Below are positions 10,201-17,871 of a stretch of 64,000 nt of DNA, in pieces (within the stretch, counting starts at the first letter, position 1; every line of letters begins with the position of its first letter). Both the position numbers and the translations under genes were made by a program. The stretch is from NCBI GenBank assembly GCA_902581045.1, contig CACHMU010000004.1:860-64859 (forward strand), read 5' to 3'. The notes below the pieces were generated by a model. It was not told the DNA's origin. It did no database searches and saw nothing but the letters and a program-made list of their open reading frames with translations. The stretch is from an uncultured Fidelibacterota bacterium. Its GTDB lineage: Bacteria; Fidelibacterota; Marinisomatia; Marinisomatales; TCS55.

Positions 10201-10388
10201 GCCTCAGAGGCAGCTTCCATTGTAAATGTCGCAAGCTCCACCTCGTCACCATAATAAAAAACATCAAAATTAGGAGAGGAAATGTAATCCCAGTCAAAAT
10301 CTCTGTATTGGACTTTATTCTGCCCAAATGCCTGTGCATTTAAACTACTTCCTAAAAGGATTGATATAATAAAAATAAATCGTTTCAT
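7218..10388 (-). CDS. Large secreted multidomain protein: Peptidase_MA-like HExxH domain + PD40/TolB-like beta-propeller repeats + Omp85/surface-antigen-like C-terminal beta-barrel
   Basis: - Signal peptide MKRFIFIISILLGSSLNAQA.
- HELVH (nt 9981-9995, minus strand) followed by WTNEGLAEY, a gluzincin-type third ligand.
- At least four PD40-type repeats (SPDGSHIAVLSDRSGYMDIYLLD, WSPDSEKIVIAAK, WSPNGDKLAFVGNEGGASDIYLYD, WNSDGTQIVFVSDRD).
- Gly/aromatic-rich C-terminal ~400 aa ending ...SIGYDW. Confidence 0.7.
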   Translation of the reverse strand: MKRFIFIISILLGSSLNAQAFGQNKVQYRDFDWDYISSPNFDVFYYGDEVELATFTMEAASEAYEQIAKHLRWNLRKRVSIIVYHSHNEFQQTNVVGVYMQEGIGGVTELYKNRVVMPFEGDYAKFRHVLHHELVHAMINDMVYGGRMQNVISNNISLMLPLWTNEGLAEYLSMNWDTEADMIIRDLAINERIPTIRELEYFLAYKGGQSVWRFIATKYGREKIGEIFQSMKRYGNAQKGFEDAIGMDFEELTEQWHKYIKKEYYPDVEGRDEVKDIAKRLTDHKKSGNFYNVSPTISPDGSHIAVLSDRSGYMDIYLLDAVSGRKVKRLIKGNRSIDFEELKFLQPGISWSPDSEKIVIAAKAGSSDALYLINIKTGKQEKIPFQLDGVFTASWSPNGDKLAFVGNEGGASDIYLYDLVSKKLSNLTDDVFSDSEPSWNSDGTQIVFVSDRDKIIDKNKMSSKGMFYHNYKQKNIYTLNLETKKINQITDTQYNENYPIFANTKDVIFYTADYQGTWNLFRHDLLTGESVVITNLLTGLFQLSLTKDDGSLVFSGYSGLGWDVYRLNNPLELKKTTVEPTNYIANRGKNDKEDLADLRKHKRKGTEALTKDFSNYIFAWEYDNYNEKDFQQDPLTIKPDSASISNDGEYIPQAYKTKFSLDVAQGSYGYNNVFGHQGLLVFYFSDLMGDHQLSLAVESQISLTNGDYFLNYAYLKNRLDYYFTLFHQADFFFVGGYYNQFGFPIEQSARMRHFGFAAVASRPFNRFNRVDAGLVFHNLDYKLFEISSFENSNTIIDEDGFVSANPTLSYIYDNSVFGYTGPIDGFRQNTTFELSPAMGDKGLSFQKIKVDLRKYQMISRDYSFAGRLFFGTSTGKNPQKFYLGGMQNWLFGTGTTDGVYDGDTNESRWRNVILDSQNQSLLQDIYFSEFAYPLRGARFSERFGTNVLLTNLEFRFPLIQYLQIGFPFKMTLGNILGHVFMDFGAAWDDKREFTNFEFLQAKYGNNLPDKFSPWVRSIGYGIKLPIYMLWRIEAAYDWTDSGFGKPQWYLSIGYDW

Positions 10389-10524
10389 ATCTTTATAACG
10401 CTGAATTTAAGTTTATAGTTCCTCAAATTCGACGATAAACAACAAAAAATGTTAAAAAAAAAATAAATGTAAATTTTTCCTTTGAGGATTGACTGGCCCT
10501 CGAGAAACTATTAGTTTAGCTACT

Positions 10525-11271
10525 ATGGATTTACCTATCTATTTTATATCAGATATCCACTTAATGTTAAAAAAGTCAAATTCTGAGATAGAACGGCAAA
10601 ATATTCTTTTTCAATTTCTCCATCACGTCGGTGATACAGGAGGAACTCTTGTTATTAATGGAGATTTATTTGACTTTTATTTTGAGTATAAGGATGTAAT
10701 TCCTAAAGTATTTGTGCCATTCTATCATGAAATTTTGAAAATTCGAGAGAAAGGGGTGAAAGTTCACTATATAGTTGGTAATCATGATTATTGGGTTCAA
10801 GATTTCATCACTGAAGATTTATTTGATAAAACTTATTTGTCTGACACATCATTTAATTCAAGTGGTAAAAAGTTTTATGTTACTCATGGAGATGGCTATC
10901 TATCTTGGGATAGAGGATATCGTTTTTTAAGAAAAATAATTCGTTCTCGATTATTCATATGGTTATATAGATGGATTCATCCAACCATTGGTTATGCATT
11001 TGGTAGATGGGTTTCAAAAAAGGGTGAGCATTATGAACATTCTGATGAATATAATAAACGTATTGCTGATGAAATGACAATTCACGCTAATAATAGCTTA
11101 GAAGAAGGCTATGATTTTTTTATTACAGGGCATTATCACCAGGCAAAGGAATTATCGCTCAAAAGTGGTAAATTGGTAATACTAGGTGATTGGCTCAGCT
11201 TTTTCACTTATGCAAAGTTTGATGGTGAGGATCTTAAGTTACACTATTGGAAAAAAAATGAGACAATGTAA
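10525..11271 (+). CDS. lpxH: UDP-2,3-diacylglucosamine diphosphatase (LpxH-type metallophosphoesterase)
   Basis: Calcineurin-like motifs in LpxH order (SDIHL, GDLFDF, GNHD, HGD, GHYH), colinear with LpxH. The track ORF starts at TTG 10489, but ATG 10525 (MDLPIYFISDIHL) fits homologues better. Confidence 0.7.
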   Translation: MDLPIYFISDIHLMLKKSNSEIERQNILFQFLHHVGDTGGTLVINGDLFDFYFEYKDVIPKVFVPFYHEILKIREKGVKVHYIVGNHDYWVQDFITEDLFDKTYLSDTSFNSSGKKFYVTHGDGYLSWDRGYRFLRKIIRSRLFIWLYRWIHPTIGYAFGRWVSKKGEHYEHSDEYNKRIADEMTIHANNSLEEGYDFFITGHYHQAKELSLKSGKLVILGDWLSFFTYAKFDGEDLKLHYWKKNETM

Positions 11272-12394
11272 ACAAGTCATATTATTATTATTTGTCTTCT
11301 TCTCTTTTGAAGGTTGTGCTACAATTAAAAAATTCTTTCCTGGGAATGAGAAGTCCTTAGATGATATTTCCTTTGAATTGATTGAAAACCTTAGCACAGC
11401 TTTTAGTGAAGGTAAACTACAAGCACTTGAAGAAATGATAGCTATTTATAATGATTCTAATCAACCATTTGATGTAAGAATGGCTGCAGGAAAAGCTTTA
11501 GCAGCTACTCAACATCCAACAGCCTTAAATGCTTTATCGGAAGCAGTAAGTGACGCAGCTGCTTTAGATGTTAGTTTTATGATTGGCTCAATTGAACTAT
11601 TGGCTCAATTCCGTGATGACCCCCGTGCTGCTGATGCTATGGTAAATGCAATGAATAACGTTGAAGAAAAAACAAACTCTTTACAACTTGCATTAGTACA
11701 AAATTTAAATAAGGTAAGAACTAAAGACCAGGTTATGGCACTTCTTGATCTTTATGAAGTAAGTAGAAATAATTTTAATAGAACTGAAAAATTACTTACA
11801 GAAACACTTGGCGCCTTAGGTACTGATGAAGTAGTACCAATATTAACTAAAATTTCTCGAGATCCTTTTGTAAAACTAGGCATAAGAAATAGAGCATTAG
11901 AAATTTTAGGTAAAAAAGATCCTTCTCAAGTAGCTGGTGCCTTTGCCGAATTACTAGGAGATCCTGAAACTAATTTAGAAGTGAGAGATTTTGCCTTAAA
12001 CACCATGAAGGGAGTAAAGGAAGAAAATCTAATTTTGGCACTTCTACAAACTTATAGAACAGGAAAAGATCAGTATTATAATATATTGAACACACTTTTA
12101 GAAGCACTTGGAGAATTTGATGACCCTGAAATTAGAAGAGCTGTTGAGGAAATAGCTATGAATGATTCATATCCACTTCAAATACGTATAAAAGCTATTG
12201 ATAAATTATCTGAGATAAGTGATAAAACAGTTATTCCTTCTCTTATGCCAATATTATCTGATTATAATCAGTACAAACTTCATTCTGCGGTAATCCAGAC
12301 AGTAAAAAATTTGGGTGCCTATAACCAGTATGAGCAAGAAATTAAACGTCGCACTTTTGAAGCTCATCAAAAAGCATCATCTATAAATGAATAA
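11258..12394 (+). CDS. HEAT-repeat lipoprotein, function unknown
   Basis: ATG 11258 gives a lipoprotein-type signal (MRQCKQVILLLFVFFSFEGC). The body is repeated alpha-helical HEAT/PBS-lyase-like units. The upstream extension of the track ORF (11186-11257) overlaps lpxH and is discounted. Confidence 0.55.
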   Translation: MRQCKQVILLLFVFFSFEGCATIKKFFPGNEKSLDDISFELIENLSTAFSEGKLQALEEMIAIYNDSNQPFDVRMAAGKALAATQHPTALNALSEAVSDAAALDVSFMIGSIELLAQFRDDPRAADAMVNAMNNVEEKTNSLQLALVQNLNKVRTKDQVMALLDLYEVSRNNFNRTEKLLTETLGALGTDEVVPILTKISRDPFVKLGIRNRALEILGKKDPSQVAGAFAELLGDPETNLEVRDFALNTMKGVKEENLILALLQTYRTGKDQYYNILNTLLEALGEFDDPEIRRAVEEIAMNDSYPLQIRIKAIDKLSEISDKTVIPSLMPILSDYNQYKLHSAVIQTVKNLGAYNQYEQEIKRRTFEAHQKASSINE

Positions 12395-13205
12395 ACTTAT
12401 TCTATCATTATTTATTTTTAGTGGATTGAATGCTCAACAAACAGATTCATTAAAAGTTTCTGAATCAGATAGTTTGAAAATTGAAGAGTCTAAAATAGTC
12501 AGCAATCAAGATTCTATATCTCAAGAGACACCACTTCCCTCAGTAAGAAATTTAATAATTAAAAAAGAAAAATTAGATTCTGATGAACCTTTCTTTGAAA
12601 TAAAATCCAGTATTGAGTTGCTTCATCAACAAGTAGATTCTTTAAAAAAAGTTATATCTACTTATGAAGAAGGAAAGGGCGCTATGCCTACTATAGATGA
12701 GGATTTGCTTAATCTAATTAAAGTTCCGCAATTACGTCATAGAATTGAGTTGCAAAATGGAACTGTTGTTAATGGTGAAATAATAGAAGAAGATCAATTA
12801 GGAGTTATTATTCAAACATCAATTGGGCAATTAGCAATTGAAAAAGATAAGATTATTGATATAATGGAAGATTTACCACCTAGGGCAAAAGTTGAAATAG
12901 TTGGTGAACCCTTTGTTGATATTTTTCCTGATAGAGAGGAAATCAGTGGATCAATAAAAAATATTGGGACAAAACGTGCTGATTTTGTTAGAGTGATAGC
13001 AAATCTTTGGTCACCGACTACGGCATTATTACATCAAGATTCAGTTTTTATTTCTGGCCAAAACCAAAAATATTTTACAGGTATTAAATCTGATGCAGCT
13101 TTAGAGCCAGGATCAACTATTGATTTTAAACTTATTTTTCCTCTTAATGAAGGAGATGATATTTCTTATCGTACTTATGAAGTACGCTGGGAATCCTATA
13201 AATAA
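12387..13205 (+). CDS. Secreted hypothetical protein (272 aa)
   Basis: Signal peptide MNKLILSLFIFSGLNAQ. Its start overlaps the preceding gene by 8 nt. No family recognised. Confidence 0.5.
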   Translation: MNKLILSLFIFSGLNAQQTDSLKVSESDSLKIEESKIVSNQDSISQETPLPSVRNLIIKKEKLDSDEPFFEIKSSIELLHQQVDSLKKVISTYEEGKGAMPTIDEDLLNLIKVPQLRHRIELQNGTVVNGEIIEEDQLGVIIQTSIGQLAIEKDKIIDIMEDLPPRAKVEIVGEPFVDIFPDREEISGSIKNIGTKRADFVRVIANLWSPTTALLHQDSVFISGQNQKYFTGIKSDAALEPGSTIDFKLIFPLNEGDDISYRTYEVRWESYK

Positions 13206-14183
13206 TTATAAATGCGTCTGATATATGTCATGTAACCTTAACAATCCAACACATGACTTTTCATCATCTTCTAATACTGGTAATACTGAAATCTGAGACT
13301 TTCTCTCCTCCATTAGTAATAATGCATCTCTCAGAGGAGCTTTAACATTAACATTTATTGGTTCAACAGACATTACATCACTTGCAAACATTTTGTCAAT
13401 ATCGCCATTTTCAGCTAAACATCTTCTTAAATCACCTTCAGTTACTATTCCTTGAAGATCACCATTATTATTTAAAACTAATGCAGCGCCAAATGGTTTT
13501 TCGGTCATATCAATCACAACCTTTCTAAGGTTGTCATCTCGTTTAACAATGGCTACATCTTTTATTGGCATCATTATTTCTTGAACAGTTAATCTAAGTC
13601 GCCTGCCGATATCACCTGCTGGATGAAGTTTTGCAAAATCTTCATGCTTAAAACCTTGATGACTCATTATAACAGTTGCCAAAGCATCCCCAATAGCTAG
13701 AGTAAGGGTAGTACTTGATGTAGGAACCAAACCAAGCGGATCTACTTCTTTAGATACTGATGCATCTATCACAATATCCATATCAGCAATTAAGGATGAT
13801 TTCATATTACCAATAATTCCAATTAATGGAGAATTGAATTCCTTTAGGATTGGAATCAGACGAACCAGTTCATCGGTCGCCCCGCTTTTCGAAATTAAAA
13901 TAGTTGGATCTCCAGGAGCATAAATCCCTAAATCCCCATGTGAGGCTTCCGCAGCATGTAAAAAAACAGCTTTATTTCCTATGCTACATAATGTTGCTGC
14001 AATTTTTTGTGCAATCAATCCAGATTTTCCCATTCCTAAAATCACAACTTTTCCTGGATGATTAACAATTAAATCACATGCTTTAACAATATTTGTAGAA
14101 GTTCGCTCTGCCGCATCTATTAGCTCTTGTCCCTCCTCCAGAAGAATTCGACTTGCTATTGATTTTAGATTAGATTCTGTCAT
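13206..14183 (-). CDS. kdsD: Arabinose-5-phosphate isomerase (KpsF/GutQ family; SIS + tandem CBS domains)
   Basis: SIS domain (ILGMGKSGLIAQKIAATL) followed by two CBS domains. This is the KdsD/KpsF architecture. Confidence 0.8.
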   Translation of the reverse strand: MTESNLKSIASRILLEEGQELIDAAERTSTNIVKACDLIVNHPGKVVILGMGKSGLIAQKIAATLCSIGNKAVFLHAAEASHGDLGIYAPGDPTILISKSGATDELVRLIPILKEFNSPLIGIIGNMKSSLIADMDIVIDASVSKEVDPLGLVPTSSTTLTLAIGDALATVIMSHQGFKHEDFAKLHPAGDIGRRLRLTVQEIMMPIKDVAIVKRDDNLRKVVIDMTEKPFGAALVLNNNGDLQGIVTEGDLRRCLAENGDIDKMFASDVMSVEPINVNVKAPLRDALLLMEERKSQISVLPVLEDDEKSCVGLLRLHDIYQTHL

Positions 14184-14195
14184 AACTCAACAAAT

Positions 14196-15113
14196 TTACA
14201 TCTTACCAGCAAGCATTACCATAATTGCATTTTGCATATGCATTCTATTTTCAGCTTGATTAAAAACAATTGAATTAGTTGACTCAATTACATTATCTGT
14301 TACTTCTCGTCCTCTTTCAGCAGGAAGGCAATGCATAAATAAAGTTTTTTTACCAGTTGATTTAAGCATGTTTGAGTTTACCTGAAAAGGTGCAAAAATC
14401 TTTTTGCGATCATTTAATTCATCTTTTTGGCCCATTGATGCCCATACATCAGTATAAATAATATCAGCACCAACAACATCATTTATTGGATCGTGACTTA
14501 ATTCAAAAGTTGATTTATCACTGTCACTAATAAAATCTATGGCTTCTTTGTCAGGTTCAAAACCTTCGGGACAAATACATGTAAAATGTAATGGTATTCT
14601 TGTAGCTAAATGAATCCATGAGTGAACAATATTGTTCCCATCACCAACATAAACAATCTTCAAGTCATCCAAATTATCTCTGTTTTCGAAAATAGTAAAA
14701 ATGTCAGCCATTATTTGACAAGGATGATTATAATCCGTTAAACCATTTATTACGGGTACATTTGAAAATTCTGCTAATTCAATAATATGTTGATGATCAA
14801 ATAAACGAGCCATTATCATATCATTGTATCCACTTAAAACTCTAGCTATATCTTTGACTTCCTCTCTTTTTCCAATTGAAATATCATCAGGACTTAAATA
14901 AACCGCATGACCTCCCAACATATTAAATCCTGTTTCGAATGATACTCTCGTACGTGCAGATTGTTTTGCAAAAATCATGGCCAATGAATGGCCTTCAAAA
15001 GGGGAAAAAATCTCTTTATTTTTTAGCTTTATTTTTAATTCAGCTGTAAAAGAAATCAAATCCAAGATTTCTTGACTAGTAAAATCACTAATATGTAAAA
15101 AATCACGTTTCAT
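14196..15113 (-). CDS. argF: Ornithine carbamoyltransferase
   Basis: Carbamoyl-phosphate motif SARTRVSFE, HPCQIMAD, ornithine-binding DVWASMG and HCLPAERG. Confidence 0.85.
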   Translation of the reverse strand: MKRDFLHISDFTSQEILDLISFTAELKIKLKNKEIFSPFEGHSLAMIFAKQSARTRVSFETGFNMLGGHAVYLSPDDISIGKREEVKDIARVLSGYNDMIMARLFDHQHIIELAEFSNVPVINGLTDYNHPCQIMADIFTIFENRDNLDDLKIVYVGDGNNIVHSWIHLATRIPLHFTCICPEGFEPDKEAIDFISDSDKSTFELSHDPINDVVGADIIYTDVWASMGQKDELNDRKKIFAPFQVNSNMLKSTGKKTLFMHCLPAERGREVTDNVIESTNSIVFNQAENRMHMQNAIMVMLAGKM

Positions 15114-15140
15114 AATAATAAACTATATTTTATGTAATAT

Positions 15141-16478
15141 TTATAATATATACTTACTCAAGTCTTGATCTTCTACAATATTCTTTAACTTATTAGATAC
15201 TAATTTTTTAGTAATAGTTATAGTTTTCTTTCTTCCACTTGATTCATCGAACATAAAATTATCTAATAAAGTTGTCATTACCGTATGAAGTCTTCTAGCA
15301 CCAATATTTTCCATTTTTGTATTTACATCTGCAGCAATCTTCGCAATCTCCTTGATTGCCTCTACATCAAATTTTAAAGTAACATTTTCTGTCCCAAGCA
15401 ATGAAATATATTGTTTTATCAGTGATGATTCTGGGTGCTGTAAAATTTTTACAAAATCACTAACAGATAATTTGTCCATTTCTACTCGTATTGGAAATCT
15501 ACCCTGTAATTCAGGTATCATATCTGATGGTGATGAGACATGGAATGCACCAGCAGCAATAAAAAGAATGTGATCAGTTTTAATCATCCCATATTTTGTA
15601 GGAACTGTACTCCCCTCTACAATTGGGAGCAAATCTCTTTGAACACCTTCCCTACTTATATCAGGCCCCGAACTACGACTACTGCTATCAACTATTTTAT
15701 CAATTTCATCAAGAAAAACAATACCACTATTTTCTACTCTTTCTTTTGTTGAACGTATTAGGTCATCTTGATCTAATAAACTATCAGCTTCCATCTCAAG
15801 TAAAATATTTCGTGCCTCTGAAACTGAAACTTTTCTTCGTTTTTTTTGATTGGGCATTACATTAGACAACATTTCTTTAATATTCATACCGATATCTTCA
15901 CCACCAAGAGGCCCAAAAATCTGCATCGATGCTGTATTAGATTCAGAAACTTCGATTTCAATCTTGCGATCTTCAAAATCTCCGTTAACGAGTTTTTTTC
16001 TTAAACGCTCACGGGTTTTTTTAAACCTTATTTCTTCTTCTTCTGTTTTTTTATGCTTACCATTACTTGGAAAAAGAGAATCAAGAATTCTTTCTTCAAC
16101 AAGGTTTTTTGCTAATGATTCTACTTCTTTCTGTTTCTCTTTTTTTACAATTGACATTCCAATATCGGTTAAATCTCTAATAACTGACTCAACATCTCTT
16201 CCTACGTAGCCAACTTCAGTAAATTTACTTGCCTCAACTTTAATAAAAGGAGCCTTAGCTAATTTAGCTAATCGTCTAGAAATTTCGGTTTTCCCAACTC
16301 CTGTGGGACCAATCAAAATAATATTATTTGGTACAATTTCATTTCGCATTGATCCATCAATCTGTTGTCTACGCCAACGATTTCGAAGTGCAATCGCTAC
16401 AGATCTTTTTGCACTATTCTGACCTACGATAAATCTATCAAGCTCAGAAACTATTTTTTTGGGAGTTAGATCATTCAT
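15141..16478 (-). CDS. hslU: ATP-dependent protease ATPase subunit HslU
   Basis: Walker A GPTGVGKTEISRRLAKL, I-domain insertion and full-length HslU colinearity. It overlaps hslV by 4 nt. Confidence 0.95.
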   Translation of the reverse strand: MNDLTPKKIVSELDRFIVGQNSAKRSVAIALRNRWRRQQIDGSMRNEIVPNNIILIGPTGVGKTEISRRLAKLAKAPFIKVEASKFTEVGYVGRDVESVIRDLTDIGMSIVKKEKQKEVESLAKNLVEERILDSLFPSNGKHKKTEEEEIRFKKTRERLRKKLVNGDFEDRKIEIEVSESNTASMQIFGPLGGEDIGMNIKEMLSNVMPNQKKRRKVSVSEARNILLEMEADSLLDQDDLIRSTKERVENSGIVFLDEIDKIVDSSSRSSGPDISREGVQRDLLPIVEGSTVPTKYGMIKTDHILFIAAGAFHVSSPSDMIPELQGRFPIRVEMDKLSVSDFVKILQHPESSLIKQYISLLGTENVTLKFDVEAIKEIAKIAADVNTKMENIGARRLHTVMTTLLDNFMFDESSGRKKTITITKKLVSNKLKNIVEDQDLSKYIL

Positions 16479-17020
16479 TTATTTTCTAATACTGTAATTG
16501 AATCATTTGTGTATATACAAAGATCTGCAGCAATTTTTAATGATTTTTCAACTACTTTTTTCGCAGAAAAGCTAGTAGTGTCTAGAAGAGCTATTGCAGC
16601 TGATTGGGCAAAACCCCCTCCTGATCCAATAGCTATAACGGATCCGTCAGGTTCAATCACATTTCCATCTCCAGAAACAATAAATGAATTTGTATTATCT
16701 ATCAAAGCAAGAAGAGCTTCTAAATTCCTTAAAACCTTATCCATCCTCCACTCTTTCGCTAACTCAACTACTGCCCGTTTCAATTCACCTTCATATTCAT
16801 CTAACTTTAATTCAAACTTTTCAAAAAGTGATAAAGCATCAGCTGCTGCACCAGCGAATCCACCTAATATTATACCTTTTTCAGTTTTAAATTTTCTGAC
16901 TTTTACTGCTTTTTGTTTAAAGGCCATATCCCCAAAGGTAACCTGTCCATCACCTCCTAGTGCAACTTGACCTTTTCTACGGACACCTAGAATAGTAGTT
17001 GAACGTATTTTATATTCCAT
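16475..17020 (-). CDS. hslV: ATP-dependent protease subunit HslV
   Basis: Ntn-hydrolase HslV sequence (TTILGVRRKGQVALGGDGQVT..., GSGG). It carries a 7-residue N-terminal extension before the catalytic Thr pair. Confidence 0.93.
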   Translation of the reverse strand: MEYKIRSTTILGVRRKGQVALGGDGQVTFGDMAFKQKAVKVRKFKTEKGIILGGFAGAAADALSLFEKFELKLDEYEGELKRAVVELAKEWRMDKVLRNLEALLALIDNTNSFIVSGDGNVIEPDGSVIAIGSGGGFAQSAAIALLDTTSFSAKKVVEKSLKIAADLCIYTNDSITVLENK

Positions 17021-17869
17021 CTATTTTCCCATTAATAGCTTGAATAGTCTTGAGTTTGATGGTAAAACTAAAGTTGTTTTATCATCGACCACCTTCTTAT
17101 AAGCATCTAAAGTTCTAACAAATTCATAAAATTTAGGGTCCGACGAATAGGAGCGGGCATAAACATTTACTGCTTTCGCATCTCCTTCTCCACGCAATCT
17201 TTCCGCTTCCTTATATGAGTCAGCTAGAATAATTGTTTTATCTCGATCTGTCGCCGCCCTTATTTTTTGTGCTTCTTCTTCACCTTCAGATCTATATTTG
17301 TTTGCCTGCCTTTTCCGCTCTGCCTCCATCCGTGCATAAATTGACTCTTCATTTTCAGCTGGTAAATCAACTCTTCTAATACGAACATCTACCACTGCTA
17401 TACCATAATCTTGCGTAGCATCATTACTAGCATTAGTTACTACTTCCATCAATTGCTCACGATTTTCAGTAATAATTTCAACCATATCATGTGTTCCTAA
17501 TTCTCGACGAAGTTCAGAATAAACAATATCATCCATCCTACTTAATGCTGTTGGAATAGCTTGTACTGTTTTTAAGAATTGTAAGGGATCAACAATTTGC
17601 CATCTAATATAATTATCTACAATTAGTGTTTTTTTATCTTGACTCAAAATTTCTTCAGGAGGAGAGTCATATTCTAATAATCTATCATCAAAAACAATTT
17701 TCTCTTGTATCGGGAATGGGACTTTAAAATTAAATCCTGGGTTAGTAATCGTACGAACAGGTTTACCAAACTGCAATATAACAACTTGTTCAGTCTCATC
17801 TACAATAAATACAGTAGTTAATCCAACAAATGCTGTAAGGAAACCTAATATCATCATTATTTTTTTCAT
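17021..17869 (-). CDS. hflC: SPFH/band-7 protease modulator HflC
   Basis: N-terminal TM helix and SPFH domain. It is the second gene of an hflK-hflC pair, with a coiled-coil Glu/Arg-rich region. Confidence 0.85.
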   Translation of the reverse strand: MKKIMMILGFLTAFVGLTTVFIVDETEQVVILQFGKPVRTITNPGFNFKVPFPIQEKIVFDDRLLEYDSPPEEILSQDKKTLIVDNYIRWQIVDPLQFLKTVQAIPTALSRMDDIVYSELRRELGTHDMVEIITENREQLMEVVTNASNDATQDYGIAVVDVRIRRVDLPAENEESIYARMEAERKRQANKYRSEGEEEAQKIRAATDRDKTIILADSYKEAERLRGEGDAKAVNVYARSYSSDPKFYEFVRTLDAYKKVVDDKTTLVLPSNSRLFKLLMGK

Positions 17870-17871
17870 GA

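Noticed and set aside
10489-10524. TTG-initiated N-terminal extension of lpxH, and the 11186-11257 extension of the HEAT-repeat ORF
   Set aside because: The downstream ATGs (10525 and 11258) give N-termini that match family expectations (MDLPIYFISDIHL, and a lipoprotein signal peptide). The extensions add non-homologous residues.
15352-16209. Four overlapping plus-strand ORFs (70-119 aa) antisense to hslU
   Set aside because: These are shadow ORFs within a strongly conserved gene. They have no start context or recognisable domains. The same reasoning applies to the other antisense or out-of-frame track ORFs, for example 790-1035, 3239-3538, 17909-18118, 26976-27374, 28694-29035, 32137-32430, 44123-44494, 46803-47072, 57159-57505 and 59694-59930.
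16509-16970. 153-aa plus-strand ORF, plus a 68-aa ORF at 16684-16890, antisense to hslV
   Set aside because: It lies entirely inside a high-confidence conserved gene on the other strand. Its translation is low-complexity (S/P/A/F-rich) with no motif. This is a typical shadow ORF.
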